A program made the position numbers and the translations under genes. 64,000 nt of DNA from positions 32,736,001 to 32,800,000 of the forward strand of contig CM069151.1 in assembly GCA_035221665.1 (NCBI GenBank), in the 5' to 3' direction. The notes under the pieces were generated by a model that did not search any database, had not been told where the DNA came from, and saw only the letters and a list, made by a program, of their open reading frames with translations. Positions 50,934 through 64,000 of this stretch are shown here, piece by piece. The first letter of the stretch is position 1; each line of letters starts with the position of its first letter. This stretch comes from Okamejei kenojei (taxonomy: Eukaryota).

Positions 50934-53023
50934 GTACGGCGCCGCTGAGTACGCCGCCCCAGCATGGTGCCGCAGCGCTCATAGTAGCAAGCTAGATGCC
51001 ATCCTCAACTGTTAAACTGAGTTCTTTTGTCAATCTAAAGGCAAGAAAACTTGACTTGCACACTTCTAGCTGTTGAAATCGATTATTTATTCAGCTGAGA
51101 CTAGTCTCTGAACCTTCCAACACAGAGCTGAAAGCTCTGGGGCAGGTCCAGAGAATTAGTGAATTTGATACAAACTCATTGCATTATATAAGTATTAAAC
51201 ATTTCATATACAGAGGGTATGACAAACTGAGGGTATAACCAATCATCTGAGTCCCTTTGGTGATTTACAACAGCAGTCACATGATTCCCCCTTCTCTGGC
51301 CTTATTTTACAACCTTTGTTTGCCTGTGGTTTAACTTTGTTTAGAATTATTTTATTTCAACACAGCAAAACCCCAGTAGGCTCAATTATCAAAGACCACT
51401 CCTCAAAATATAAGATACATATGTAATACAATGATCACACAAGTCATACAAACAAAATACACTTTCCATACCAAGAAGAAAGATATTTCTATAAATCTAA
51501 ACAAGGTCTAATGTTTACAATCCTACTTGGACACAATACATTTCATAAATGGTTTCACTACAATTTTACACAGTTTACTATGTATTAAAAACATTAATTA
51601 TATGAGTTCGCCGAATTCCACAGCTTCTAAGTTAAATTCAAAACCCACACACGCCTCCCAACTCCAAGCATACATGGGTCGTAAATCTGTCAACAATTGA
51701 TGATATGTGTTTTGTGCCAAGATGCAGCTTCATTCTAACTTGCAGCCTCCCCTTTTCCTGCTATCTCTGGGAGATGGATTTCCGATCTCATCTGCAAGGC
51801 ATTTTACAAATATTACAGAACAAAGGTAAATTTACAACTTCAGACCATTACCTCAAAAGTATATCTGCTTCTTCGACTTTCTATAAACAGAAGGAAGGTC
51901 ACATATCCATCAATCTGATTCTTTCCTCTCCAAACAGCCATCCCTTATCTCAACATCATTATAATTTAACATAGCCAAAGCTAACCACAGAGTCTATTAT
52001 CTCTCAGCCTTGAATTCTGTCTCGAACTCAGCATAAACAGCCATAACTCTTCATCTTTATACCACACTCAGAGCTCAGGAATGTGCCATAGAGAAAGAGC
52101 AGATGACCTCTGGCCTAAGAAGAGGCCCTATTCAGCTATCCATTCTTCGACACAAAATTATATCAAATATAATTTACTCCAGCGTTATAATTGCCTCACT
52201 TAAACTAAACTAAGCTAAGCTATGCAGGTTCAGATTAGCGTTTCTATGTTTTGATTCATCTGTTCCCTGTGTGTGTTTCTTTGTACTTTATTTCTTTAGG
52301 AGACACGTGTTTCTGAATACCTTAAGCTTTTCTCTTGCAAATTACCTAGCTTATATAAAAGTCACTATCCGAGCGGTTCTATTATATAATATTTCCTCAC
52401 AACGACACCATGCGGATCATCACCGGCTGCCTATGCCCTACTCTGATGGATCTTCTGCCGGTGCTCGCAGGTATCGCACCCGCCAAGCTTCGCAGAGAGT
52501 ATTTCACCCACAGGCTGGTGTGCAAGGCCCCATCCGACGCCAAACATCCTTTGCACCACATCGCCCAGGTCTCACAGCAACTGGGACCTCAATGCCTGTC
52601 ATCTTATCGCCCCTTCTCCCGTCACGCAGCGACCCTCAGTGGCTCCAAGGACACACTAGGAGCATGGAGAACCAGCTGGGAACAGACTTCACGACCTCCG
52701 CAATTCACTGTTGCACCGAACATCACAACCCCACCCGGCTTGGACCTGGCTCCGCAAAGAGTTGGTCACTCTGAACTGGCTCCGTACGGGGATTGGCCGG
52801 TTCAACGCTAACGTGCATCGCTGGGGGCTGCGTTCATCAGCAGCCTGCGTGTTTGGAGCAGAACAGCAAACAGCACAGCGTGTCATTTTCAACTGCGCTG
52901 TCCTCCGCCACCCTGGTGGAGGGGTAGACCTCACAGCCTCAACAACAGCACATTGAACTAGCTACATTGAACTGGAGGGCATTACATAACCTCTGCTTCC
53001 TCAAACGCAAGAAGAAGAAGAAA
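50934..53023 (+). mobile_element. RTE/RTE-X-type LINE 3' fragment split by an LTR
   Basis: VYGAAEYAAPAWCRSAHSSKLDAILN | DTMRIITGCL.PT...LPVLAGIAPAKLRR...LN.LRTGIGRF...C..G.EQQTA; (AAG)n tail at 53009-53023. Confidence 0.85.
51010..52399 (-). mobile_element. Solo LTR (1390 bp), ERV- or Gypsy-like
   Basis: Begins TG and ends CA; 4-bp TSD CAAC at 51006-09 and 52400-03 restores the RTE frame; minus-strand AATAAA near 51086 suggests orientation. Confidence 0.85.
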
Positions 53024-54154
53024 GTAAAGGAACCATTCGGATGTAGCGACCACAACATAAGTTTTAATCTGCAATTTGAGAGTGAGAAGGTGGAATCGGA
53101 TATGTCGGTATTGCAGCTGAGCAAAGGGGACTGCAGAAGCATGAGGGAGGAGATGGCCTAAATTGACTGGTAAGGGACCCCAGCAGGGTTGACGGTGAAA
53201 CAGCAATGGCAGGAATTTCTGGGAATTATCCAGAAGATGCAGATCTTTTCATTTCAAAGAGGAAGAAAGATCAGCAATGTGCCTGAAATTCAAGAGAGTC
53301 AGGGGGTGGAAGGTAGTTGAGTTGCTATTACCAGGGAGAAGGTGTTTGGGAAGCTGAAAGGGGTGAAGGTGGATGTTACCTGTACCAGATGGACTGCACC
53401 CTAGGGTTCTGAAAGAGGTGGCTTTGGAGATTGTGGAGGCATGGACAGTGATATTTCAAGAATCACTAGAGACAGGAAATGTCCCAGATGATTGGAAAAT
53501 TGACAATATTGCCCTGCTGCACAAGAACGGAGCAAAGCAGAATAGTGGGAACTATAGGCCGGTTAGTCTGACTTTGGTGGTTGGTAAGATTTTACAGTCC
53601 CTTATAAAGGATGAGGTTACAGAGTATTATGAAGTTGATGATAAAATAGGCCGGTCAGCATGGTTTTGTGAAGGGGAGGTCTTGTTTGACAAATTTGCTG
53701 GAATTCTTTGAAAAGGTAAATAGCAGTACAGACAAAGGAGATGTTGTTTGCTTAGATTTTCAGAAAGACTTTGATAAGTGCCACACGTGAAGCTACTAAG
53801 GAAGATGAGAGTCCAAGAGCAGATACTAGCAAGGATAGAAGGTTGGCTCGATGGCAGAAGACAAAGAGTGGCAATAAAGGGGGCTTTTTCTGGTTGGCTG
53901 CCAGTGACTAGCGGAGTTGCGCAGGGATCGGTGCCAGGGATGCTACTCTTTGCGTTGTACATTAATGATTTGGATGAGGGAATTGAATTTGTGCCAAGTT
54001 TGTGGATGATATGAAAATAGGTGGAAGGGCAGGTAGTGTAGAGAAAGCAAGGACTCTGCAGAAGGACTTGGACAGGTTGGGAGAGTGGGCAGAGAAATGG
54101 CAGATGGAATATAGTGTAACAAAATTTGGAGTCAAGCATTTTAGTAGTAGGAAT

Positions 54155-54388
54155 AAACATAGAAACACAGAAAATAGGTGCAGGAGTAGGCCATTCAGCC
54201 CTTTGAGCCAGCACTGCCATTCAATATTATCATGGCTGATAATCCAAAATCAGATCCCCATTCCTGCTTTCTACCCTTCTCCCTCGCTTCCGTTAGTCCT
54301 AAGAGTTCTGAACTCCTGCCAATATGGGGAACGTTTTCCTGCAACTAGCCTGTCCAATCTCTTAAGAATTTTATATGTTTCTTTAAGA
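54155..54388 (-). mobile_element. CR1 3' end, inverted
   Basis: aaacatagaaacac...gtgcaggagtaggccattcagccc is the reverse complement of the CR1 tail. Confidence 0.8.
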
Positions 54389-54399
54389 TCGGTTTCTGT

Positions 54400-55678
54400 A
54401 ACAGGATCGGTCCGAGTCAGCATGTATTTACGAAGGGGAAATCATACTTGACTAATCTTCTGGAGTTTTTTGAAGATGTAACTAGGAAAATGGACAAGGT
54501 AGAGCCAATGGATGTAGTGTTCCTGGACTTTCAGAAAACATTTGATAAGGTCCCACATAGAAGATTAGTGGGCAAAATTAGGGCACATGGTATTGGGGGT
54601 AGAGTGCTGACATGGATAGAGAAGTGGTTGGCAGACAGGAAACAAAGAGTAGGGATTAACGGGTCCCTTTCAGAATGGCAGGCAGTGACTAGTGGGGTAC
54701 CGCAAGGCTCGGTCTGAGACCGCAGATATTTACAATGTATATTAATGATTTAGATGAAGGGATTACAAGTAACATTAGCTAATTTGCAGATGACACAAAG
54801 CTGGATGGCAGTGTGAACTGTGAGAAGGATGCTACGAGAATTCACAGTGACTTGGGACAGGTTGGGTGAGTGGACAGATGCAGTTTAATGTGGATAAATG
54901 TGAGGTTATCCATTTTGGTAGCAAAAACAGGAAGGCAGATTATTATCTAAATGGTGTCAAGTTGGGATAGGGGAAGTGCAACGGGATCTGGGGGTCATTG
55001 TTCATCAGTCAATGAAAGTAAGCGTGCAGGTACAGCAGGTAGTGAAGAAAGCGAATGGCATGTTGGCCTTCATAACAAGGGAAGTTGAGTATAGGAGCAA
55101 AGAGGTCCTTCTACAGTTGTACAGGGCCCTAGTGAGACCACACCTGGAGTATTGTGTGCAATTTTGGTCTCCAAATTTGAGGAAGGACATTCTTGCTATT
55201 GAGGGAGTTAAGCATAGGTTCACAAGGTTAATTCCCGGGATGGGGGGTCTGTCATATGCTGAGAGAATGGAGCGGCTGGGCTTGTATACTCTGGAATTTA
55301 GAAGGATGAGAGGGGATCTTATTGAAACTTATAAGATTATGAGGGTTTGGACATGCTAGAGGCAGGAAACATGTTCGCGATGTTGGGGGAGTCCAGAACC
55401 AGGGGCCACAGTTTAAGAATAAGGGGTAAGCCATTTAGAACGGAGACGAGGAAACTATTTTTCACACATAGAGTTGTGAGTCTGTGGAATTCTGTCTCAG
55501 AGGGCGGTGGAGGCCAGTTGTCTGGAAACTTTCAAGAGAGAGCTAGATAGGGCTAGGGATATGGGGAGTCAGGGATATGGGGAGAAGGCAGGAACGGGGT
55601 ACTAATTGTGGATGATCAGCCATGATCACATTGAATGGCTTGAAGGGCTGTATGGCCTACTCCTGCACCTATTGTCTA
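54400..55678 (+). mobile_element. CR1/HER1 LINE RT to 3' end
   Basis: TNLLEFFEDVT...LDFQKTFDKVPH...TSGVPQGSV...FADDTKL...RPHLEYCVQFWSP. Confidence 0.92.
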
Positions 55679-56830
55679 AGATCCCCTCTCACCCATCTAA
55701 ATTCTAGTGAAAATATGCCCAGTCGGTCCATTCTTCCATCATATATTAGTCCCGCCATCCTAGGAATTAACCTGGTGAACCTCTACTGCACTCCCACAAT
55801 AGAAAAAAGTTGCCTTCCTCAAATTAGGAGACCAAAACTACATACGATACTCCAGATGTGGTCTCACCGGGGCCCTGAACAACTGCAGTAGGACCTCTTT
55901 GCTTCTACACTCAAATCCTCTCACTCTGAAGGCCAACATTCCATTTGCTTTCTTCACTGCCTGCTGTACCTGCATGCCTACTTTCAGTGACTGATGTACA
56001 AGGACATCCCCTTTTCCTAACCTGACACCATTCAGATAATAATCTGCCTCCTTGTTCTTGCCACCAAAGTGGCACCAAAGGCATAGACTATTTTCTAAAT
56101 CGGGAGAGAATCCAGAAATCGGAGGTGCAAAGGGACTTGGAAGTATTGGTGCAGCATTCCCAAGTCAAATCGGTAGTAAAGAAAGCAAACTCAATGTTAG
56201 CATTTATTTCAAGAGGGCATGTATACAAAAACAGTGATGTCGAGGCTCTATAAGGCGCTGGCACGGCTGCATTTAGAATATTGTGAGCAATTGTGGGCAC
56301 CATATCTGAGGAAGGATGTGCTGGCTCTGGAGGTAGTCCCGAGGAGGATTATAAGAATGATTCCAGGAATGAGTAGGTTAACCTATGATGAGCGTTTGTC
56401 GGCACTGGGCTTGTACTCACTGCAGTTTGGAAGAATGATGGGGGAACCTCATTGAAACATACAGAATAGTGAAAGGCTTGGATAGAGTGGATGTGGAGAG
56501 GATGTTTCCACTAGTGTGAGAGTCTAGGGCTTTGAGATCTAGCCTCAGAATTAGAGGGTGGATGAATTTGGAAGGAGATGAGGTGGAATTTCTTTAGTCA
56601 GAGGGTGGTGAATCTGAAATTCTTTGCCACTGAAGGCTGTGGAGGCCAAGTCAGTTGATATTTTTAAGGCAGAGATAGATAGATTCTTGATTAGTACAGG
56701 TGTCAGAGGTTATGGGGAGAAGGCTGGAGAATGTGGTTAGGAGGGAGAGGTAGATCAGCCATGATTGAATGGCAGAGAAGACTTGATGGGCTGAATGGCC
56801 GAATTCTACTACTATCACTTATGACCTTAA
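55679..56830. mobile_element. CR1 fragments: minus (55679-56070) then plus (56080-56830)
   Basis: RT C-terminal motifs in opposite orientations. Confidence 0.8.
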
Positions 56831-56859
56831 CACCTTTTGCCCTCATACTAATCTCATCT

Positions 56860-57645
56860 GTTTGCAATAGATTTTTGTATCCTTCTATGCCGTACCTATT
56901 TAAATTGCCCATCTAAATGTCTCTTAAACAGTGATTGTTTCTGACTTTACTAGCACCTCTGTCAGCTAATTCCAGTTGTCAATCACTCTGTTTTGGGGAA
57001 CATTTTCCCTTTAAATCCCCTTTAAAATCCTCTTCTCACCTTAAACATAGTCTTGTTTTTGTAACCCGTTGATTTTAAATAAAGATTCCAACTATCTACC
57101 CTGTAAATGTCTTCCCTATCTTGTAACTAAGCATCTCTATCAGGTCACCCCCTTAGCCCTCTTCGCTCCAGGGAAAACTATCCCTATCCATGTAATCTAG
57201 GAAACACCCTAGCGAATCTGCTCTACTCCCTCTCAGATATACATCCTTCCTATAGTGCAGAGACCAGAACTGTGGTCTAACCAGAGTTTTGTAAAGTTGC
57301 ATCGTAATTTCCCACATTTTTTGTTCTGATCCCTGACCCATGAAGTAAAGCTCCATGCCTTCTTTATTTTATCTATCCATGTCATCATTTTCAGGGAACA
57401 ATGGACTTGCATCCCAAGGACCCTTATTCCTCTGCATTCCTTATCTCTATTTACTGTATATGTCATACCCTGATTTCATAAAACACCTCGCCTTGCAATT
57501 GTTGGGATTAAATTCCATCTGACAAAGCTCTGCCCATCTTTCAATCTGAACTGCTTCGGCAACTATCCAATAAGTCAACTTTTGTATCATTTGCAAACTT
57601 ATTACTTGTAAGTTCTTCACCCAGATCCAAGTCTATAGATATCAA
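56860..57645 (-). mobile_element. Old CR1 3' fragment
   Basis: Minus-strand MQLYKTLVRPQ.WSLHYRKDV. Confidence 0.7.
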
Positions 57646-57660
57646 TGACTTTCATGTGAA

Positions 57661-57830
57661 AATGCAGATGTTGAAGTTTTGGGGAAAAAAATAAGAGTAA
57701 CACAGTGGGTCAGGCGGCATTTGTGGAGGGATTCAACAGACAATGTTTTGGGTCTAGACACTTCTTCAGTCTGATGTCTCCACAAGATGCTGCCCGACCC
57801 ACTGAAACACACCAGCACATTGTATTTTAC
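57661..57830. mobile_element. Fold-back Penelope-derived element with 13-bp TSD
   Basis: ACTTTCATGTGAA (57648-60) / ACTTTGATGTGAA (57831-43). Confidence 0.75.
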
Positions 57831-60714
57831 ACTTTGATGTGAACGAAGGAGATTAGCAAGTTTGATCAGCTCATAGAGCAGTCCCTTTCTGGCAATAATT
57901 GTTCCTCCGCTGATTCTTCTCACATTGTCATCAATTGTGGCCAGATTATGTCTCAGCAACCCTACAGACAGGCAGTAAAGCTGTAACATGTGCCTCCATA
58001 ACGTGAATTGGATATAACGTGATGGATAAATTAGGGAACACTATTTGTATTATCTGGGCTGAATTGTTTATAAAGCAATCTTGAGGGGGGTGGGGGGACG
58101 CCCAGGGAACAAAAAATACATGTAACCTCCCTGCAGGAATCAGAAATGTTGGCCTTTAAGAGCAGCTTGTCAGTTTCACCTTGGGTAGCCATTGAAATTG
58201 AGGAGCCATTACTTGCAGTAATAAAAATAAGCTTATGGCTATTGAAAATGTCTTTTATTTTTGAGAATCCTTTGGGGAGTAAAGAATGTTATTGAAAGTC
58301 TGAAGTTCTCCAGCCCCCAGCCCACTTATCCGCATTGACCCAATTATATTTATAATGTGAGGTTTCTTCGGAATACAACTACTGCATTATTGCAGAATAA
58401 CTTGTGCCCCACTGATCATAAACTTCAATGAGAAAAACATTCTAATGGAACTTAATATCCTTTGAGCTATGGCGTCTAAAACACCAACTCAGCACACAAG
58501 ATGAGGCCTGACCAAGGTTCTGCATAGATTCAACATGGCTTCCTCCCGTTTTATCACAAGCAATGTATACATTCTTAATGTAGTTTGTGATTTAGTATAC
58601 TCAACAATTAAATTTGATTTAATCCCATGAGAATAAGATGACAGTAGTGTTAGTTTATTTATTTCCATCTCCCTCTCCTGCGCAGAATAAATGCAGTGCT
58701 TTTATATTAGACTTTCATACTTACAGAATTTAGGAGGCTATTTGAGATTTTTAAATTGTTGTGCATAGTTACATCTGGAAGTTATGGTAGTTTCATTCAT
58801 TTCTTGGAACCTTTAATGATGAAGGTAGTCTAATACAACATAACATATTTGTATTGTTTGTCCTTTAACTTCCTCATGGACTATTGCTCGTGGTATATCA
58901 TAGAAACTATCAAAGGAAGTTATAGGGCCTATTATGTCAATTCTTCCGTCTGAAAGAACTATACTACATCCCTGCTCTTTGGCAATACCTTTACATTTTT
59001 TTAAACTACGTCTTCATTATCTCTATTTGAAATATATTTTCTCATACCTTTTCGGAAAATACATTCCTGGTCCTATGTAGTAAAGATGTAGTGTAATCTT
59101 ACCTTCTCTTTTGTGCCAGCATGAACAGTTGGCTGGGTGATCTTCCTAGACGATGAACATTAGTAATTTTTTTAGCAGTTTTTTAAATCTAATGGCTGGA
59201 TATCATCAATCCACCAGTGGAAACAATCTCTTCATTTATAAAAGTGCAACAAAAGGAACAATCACTGCATTCCCAGTCTCTTCATGTTACTGTAACCCTT
59301 GGTAGATTTTTCTGCTCTCCTCCAATCTGTGATATTAAAAGAGGGGCTGAAATTTCCTTCAGTGAACGATTGGAAAGACCAAATCCATTCTGGATTCTTC
59401 TGTGAATTTAATTGTCTAATCACAACTCTATTGCTACCCAGCAACTTTCCAAAACTGAACTAAATAATTTGTTGCTAGGCAAGATTTAGTCTATGTATCG
59501 TTCAATTTCAATTTAGTCTATGTATTATCAATTTCAATCTGCTATTGAATCTCATTTAAGTGTCTTTGTTACATCTAGATTATGTTATTCCAATTTATCC
59601 CTGACTAGTATCTGTGGTACTACTTAGTAGTCCACACATACTTTTGCTTGTCTTTTACTTTGTATCAGGCTTTTTTTCACTTGTCACCCAGGAATTTACT
59701 GACCTGTATTAGGTTTGTGACACAATTCTCATCCCTCCTGGCTTTGGCCCTGCCCATTTCTAATCTCTTAACGTGTTAAATTAGCTTAACTCCTTTTATT
59801 TTAGCTTTGTGTTCTTTGAATTTAATTGTTTTAATTAAAATAATTACTAATCATTGTAATTGTCAACGATTACTATCCAGATCTTCAACTGCTGATGGAC
59901 AAGAGACTGGAAATTGTCACATATTTATTTATTTATTTCTAACCTTGATTAAGACTTTAAAACTCACCATTTGACAAAGCCTTTGTTTTCTCCTAACATC
60001 CCTATGTGGCAGTGTCAGATTTTGATAATGTCACTTTTAAGAGTCTGAGGAAATTGTGGTCCATTTGCAGTAAATTTATGAAAAAGGTTACTGTTGAAAA
60101 TATGTATATGGATTGATATACTTTGTACACTGAAATCAATTCCATTCTGTTTCTACATCTTGAATTAAAAATGATCTTATAATTTAATGAGACATGTCCA
60201 CCTGAGATGCAGTAGCTTGAATATTCACATACCTATTTTGAGAAACTAAAGTTATAGAGAATAAATACTTTTCCCTGTGATTCTAATTTCAAATAACTAT
60301 CACTCTTATCCTTTTCGAATGTTTATACTATGGACCATTAATTACTTGAACTGGAAGCTTGTTTGTAACTTAATATGGTGGCATATACCAAGAAACAAAG
60401 GTTATTAAAAAAAAAATAATCTAGGAACGCAACAAATGTTCTAATGCAAGAAGTGGCTAGATTTACATAGCAGTATAGTTTGGCAAAACACTTAAGTGAT
60501 GTGTCATGTTATGACAATTTGAAAAGCAAATTCCCTGCATAGAATTTGAGCACCTAAAACAATATGACAGTGACACTTTTTGGAATGTGCAAACTATGTT
60601 TATATGTGATCATTTTTGTGATTATGTACGTAAAAGATATACAAGGTGAAAGACAAATTTGAAGGGATGGGGCCATGCACATTTTTCAACAGAGCTTCAC
60701 AAGTATGAAGCGTG

Positions 60715-62150
60715 CAATAAACAATCTGCTAGATGAACTGGATGCTGAATCAGCATATGCTAAAGGAAATAGTTGATGTGGGTTGGGGCCCTTCATCTGA
60801 ACTGAAAGAGTAGGGAAGAAATAGCCAGTATAAAGAAGTAAGGAGGAGGGCGGAGGAAGATCTGGCAAGCGATAGTTGGATCAAAGGTAGGGGCTTGATG
60901 AGCAAATGGGGTTGGGTGTGAGAGGAAATGGTGGAAATAGTTTTGGAGGTTGGAGGTGATAGGCAGAGTCAACAAAAGGCTGTGGATAATGCAATCTGAT
61001 CAGGAAGGAATGTGAAGCATGGAACCAAATAAAGGAGGCGAAGTGGGCAAATAGTAACGGGAGGGGGGGGGTAGAGGTGATAGAGTGCTAGGGTTGAAAA
61101 GAAAGATGTTGAAACTGGGAACTCCCGATTTGCCATGACAGACAGAACACGGGTGCTTGGAAAAGCAATCGTCTAAACTGCGTTTTGTCTCACAGATGTA
61201 CAAAAGGGGGGGGGGGGAGGGGTGTTGATATGTGTGAGAGAGAGAGAGAGGGGGGGAGGCCACGTTGAGAGCACGAGATGCAATGGACAAAGGTTGTAGG
61301 AAGTGCAAGTAAATCTCTGCCTCACCTGGAGGAACATTTTGCATCCCTGGATGGTGATAAGTTAGGGGGTGTGGGGACAGATGTTGCACTTCTTACAGTT
61401 GCAGGGGAAAGTGTCTGGCGAGGGGGAAGAATGGAGGGGGGTATGACCAAACTAGGGGGCCAAGGAGAGAATGATCATGATGGGTAGAGGAAGATGTGAC
61501 TAGTGGTGGCATCACCTGATAGCTGGCAAAAATATCAAAGGACAATATGGTGGACGCAGAGACTGGTGGGATGAACGGTAAGGATCGAGGGAACTATTCC
61601 TGTTCTGCCTTGGAGGAGGCGGGGATGACTGGAAGTGCAGGAAAGGGAGGACATGTGGGTGAGGGTTCTGCCTACCACAGTGAGGCAAAAGCCCATTTTC
61701 TTCAAAAAGGACACCTCGTATGTCCTGGTGTGGGATATCTCATCTCAAGAACAGATATGACAGATGGAGAAAACAACAAAAAGGGAGGTGACATCCTTGC
61801 AAGAGGGTGGGAGGAAATGTAGTTAATGTCAGTGGATACTGTGACTCCTTAGATGGATGAGAGATCAAGAAATGGGAGTGCAGTCATTTGTTGCCTCCAC
61901 GTATCACCTCCCAGGCTCTGTCACTACTTCCACCCTTCCTTCCCTACCTTGGACTATCTGCCAATCAATGCCTCCTCGCCTGGATCCATCTATTCCTTGC
62001 AAGCTTTTGCCCCACCCCTGCTTCGCCTCGCCTCTTTACATTGGTTTTCTCTCCCCTACTCTGTCAGTCCAGTTGAAGTGTCCTGACCTGAAATGTTGAC
62101 TCCACAAATGCTGCGCGATCTGCTGAATTCCTCCAGCATATTGTTTGCTG
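60715..62150 (-). mobile_element. Older Penelope-like element with GIY-YIG remnant and inverted terminal pLTR
   Basis: Minus-strand LLYICETKRSLDDCFSKH; pLTR on minus at 60715-61000 and on plus at 61900-62150. Confidence 0.75.
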
Positions 62151-62316
62151 TTCTAGGTAGTTTCACTGAAACATTCACCAATGTATTGATATTTAAGCTA
62201 CGAGCCTGTTAAGGTGCTGGATGCTGGCATTTTTATAATTATTCCAAATTAATTTTCAATTTTCAAGCAACTTTATTATGACCCTGAAATTAGCACTAAT
62301 AATCGAACAATTAACT

Positions 62317-62503
62317 GCTGGAGTAACTCAGCGGGACAGGCAACATCTCTGGAGAGAAGGAATGGGTGATGTTTCGGGTCGAGATCCTTCGTCAGTCTGA
62401 GGAAGAGTCTCGGCCCGAAACGTTGCTGCCTGTCCCGCTGAGTTACTTCAGCATTTTGTGTCTATCTTCGATTTAAACCAGCATCCGCAGTTCTTTCCTA
62501 CAC
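62317..62503. mobile_element. Fold-back Penelope-derived element with back-to-back hammerhead cores
   Basis: Plus CTGAGGA...GAAACGTT (62397-62424); minus CTGACGA...GAAACATC. Confidence 0.8.
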
Positions 62504-63174
62504 AAACTATAGTATGAAATTGACTTTATCAATTTCTGATGTTTCTGAAGAATTATCCATTTGATGCTTAGTGTTCCAATTAAGCATTTATCTTTTCTTA
62601 AGATGTTTGTAATTAAATTGAGATTGGTGACTTGTAGAGCAGATATGAGTACTCAATTGTCTCAGCCGCCATGGCATAAAGATACTGCACTCCCTCAACT
62701 CTATTTCCAATTCTACCTGTGTCAATGCCTAAAATAACTTGGTGATAGACTTCGATAACAAGGGAAGTGACCAGTTCATCACAGAGAATGCATTGTGTCG
62801 ATTGTATCCATAATGTTAGTTGGGATTTCATATCTGATCTTTTTATGTACATAATCTTGGCGTTTGCTGCTGAAAAGAAGACCAACTGTTGACGAGACCT
62901 TGGAGGATTTTGTTCAAAACTGAAGACTCGCGCTCGGTTGAGTTTTTGTAAAAACTATTTGAATGATGTATCATGTGGAGGGATATAAAATCATGAGGAT
63001 GATTTGAATATCTGATCTCTTCATTAGATATAGTGCTCAATAATCTCTAATCCACAGACGTGACAACTGACTCCTGTAGTGTAAAATCAGAGGGTTGATC
63101 CAGCTGGGAATGGTCAGAATGTTTGGAACATGGTCATCAATTCTAGTCTTAACTTATCATTAATGGAGTTGTAT

Positions 63175-64000
63175 TAGTCATACAGCATGGAAACCTTTCC
63201 TGTCCATGTACTTCTCTAAGTTTCTTTTAAATATTGTTGAAGTACCTGCCTCATCCACTTTGGCAGCTTGTTCCACATATGTACCACCCTCTGTGGAAAA
63301 GGTTGTTTGTCAGTTTTCTCCCCTTAAATTATCTTGTTCTTGATTTTTCCAACCATGTGTGATTCACACTATCCATGCCCCTCATGATTTTATATCCCTC
63401 CATAAGCTTACCCCTCAGTACCCTTCCTACGGTCGAAGGAATAACCAAATATAATAAACCAAATACAATACTCACCAATGCACCCTCACCAATGTCTTGT
63501 ACAGCTGCAACATCACATCCCAACCTCTATGCTCAATCTCCTTACTGATAAGTGTGCCAAAATTCATGGGCCTCCTATCCGAAAAACAACCTTCCACCAT
63601 CATCCTATGATATCTTTCAAGCTAAATATGTATTAGCAACCTAACATACGGAACACTGTCAAAGACATTGCTGACGTCCACATAGTCCACATTTAGTGCC
63701 TTGCCCTCGGCTTTCTCAAATCAAGTTTGTAAGACAAATTCCTGCGTACAAAACCATACGACTATTCCTAATCAACCCCGTCTTTCCAAATGCATATACA
63801 AGTTACCCCTCAAAATGCCTTCTTGCAAATCACTTACCACAAACGTCAGGATTATTGCTCAATAGTTCCCAGAATTTGTTTATATTTCATTGTAAAAAAG
63901 CCTCCTCACATATAGTTAACGATGATACAGATATCTCAGCCAGAGCCTCACAATTATTTTTCTTTAGCTTCCCTCAGTGTTCTCAGATATACATGATATC
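63175..64000 (-). mobile_element. Degenerate CR1/HER1 LINE
   Basis: Tail gtcatacagcatggaaac; minus-strand RGKLMEGYKIMRGMDSVN. Confidence 0.75.

Larger units (their letters stand above)
49390..54155 (+). mobile_element. Large decayed CR1/HER1 LINE (ORF1 end, APE, RT) hosting nested insertions
   Basis: APE motifs (EPTREKAILDLVL...SDHN); RT motifs (DGLHPRVLKEVA, NYRPVSLT, TSGVAQGSV, LYINDLD); CR1 segments at 49390-49426, 50201-50933 and 53024-54155. Confidence 0.85.

Noticed and set aside
57985-58070. Possible Tigger/pogo MITE remnant (also about 43995-44072)
   Set aside because: Paired TIRs and a TA TSD could not be established
59484-59538. Short tandem duplication (also 29325-29375)
   Set aside because: Ordinary two-copy slippage duplications
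47390-64000. Next KMT2E coding exon (PESVEASP...)
   Set aside because: Not found by eye; presumably lies beyond the window

Overview
Eukaryotic, repeat-rich vertebrate DNA. The repeat content (HE1-like V-SINEs, HER1-like CR1 LINEs, Penelope relics) points to a cartilaginous fish, probably a skate or ray (inference). Two host genes lie on the + strand in the order seen at human 7q22. LHFPL3 is represented by its 3' part: coding exon 10969-11205, a stop-containing micro-exon at 16878 and a probable 3'UTR exon from about 21806. KMT2E/MLL5 is represented by its 5' part: promoter and non-coding exon 1 at about 30600-31579, and a first coding exon at 47205-47389 ([24 protein letters not shown]). 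Most remaining sequence is intronic or intergenic transposon debris. The notable observations are: (1) two related non-autonomous Helitrons (about 220-1736 + and a complete 8384-9278 -), one carrying an apparently captured ALG13 exon-1 fragment with its splice donor; (2) overlapping uORFs in the KMT2E leader, one ending in a TGA that overlaps the main ATG; (3) about 15 short Penelope-derived elements, many fold-back, with hammerhead-ribozyme cores and in some cases 12-13 bp TSDs; (4) a family of ORF-less bipartite retroposons with a covarying 3' hairpin; (5) a nested stack of CR1 > RTE-type LINE > 1.39 kb solo LTR. All homology calls are from recalled sequences and were not searched.
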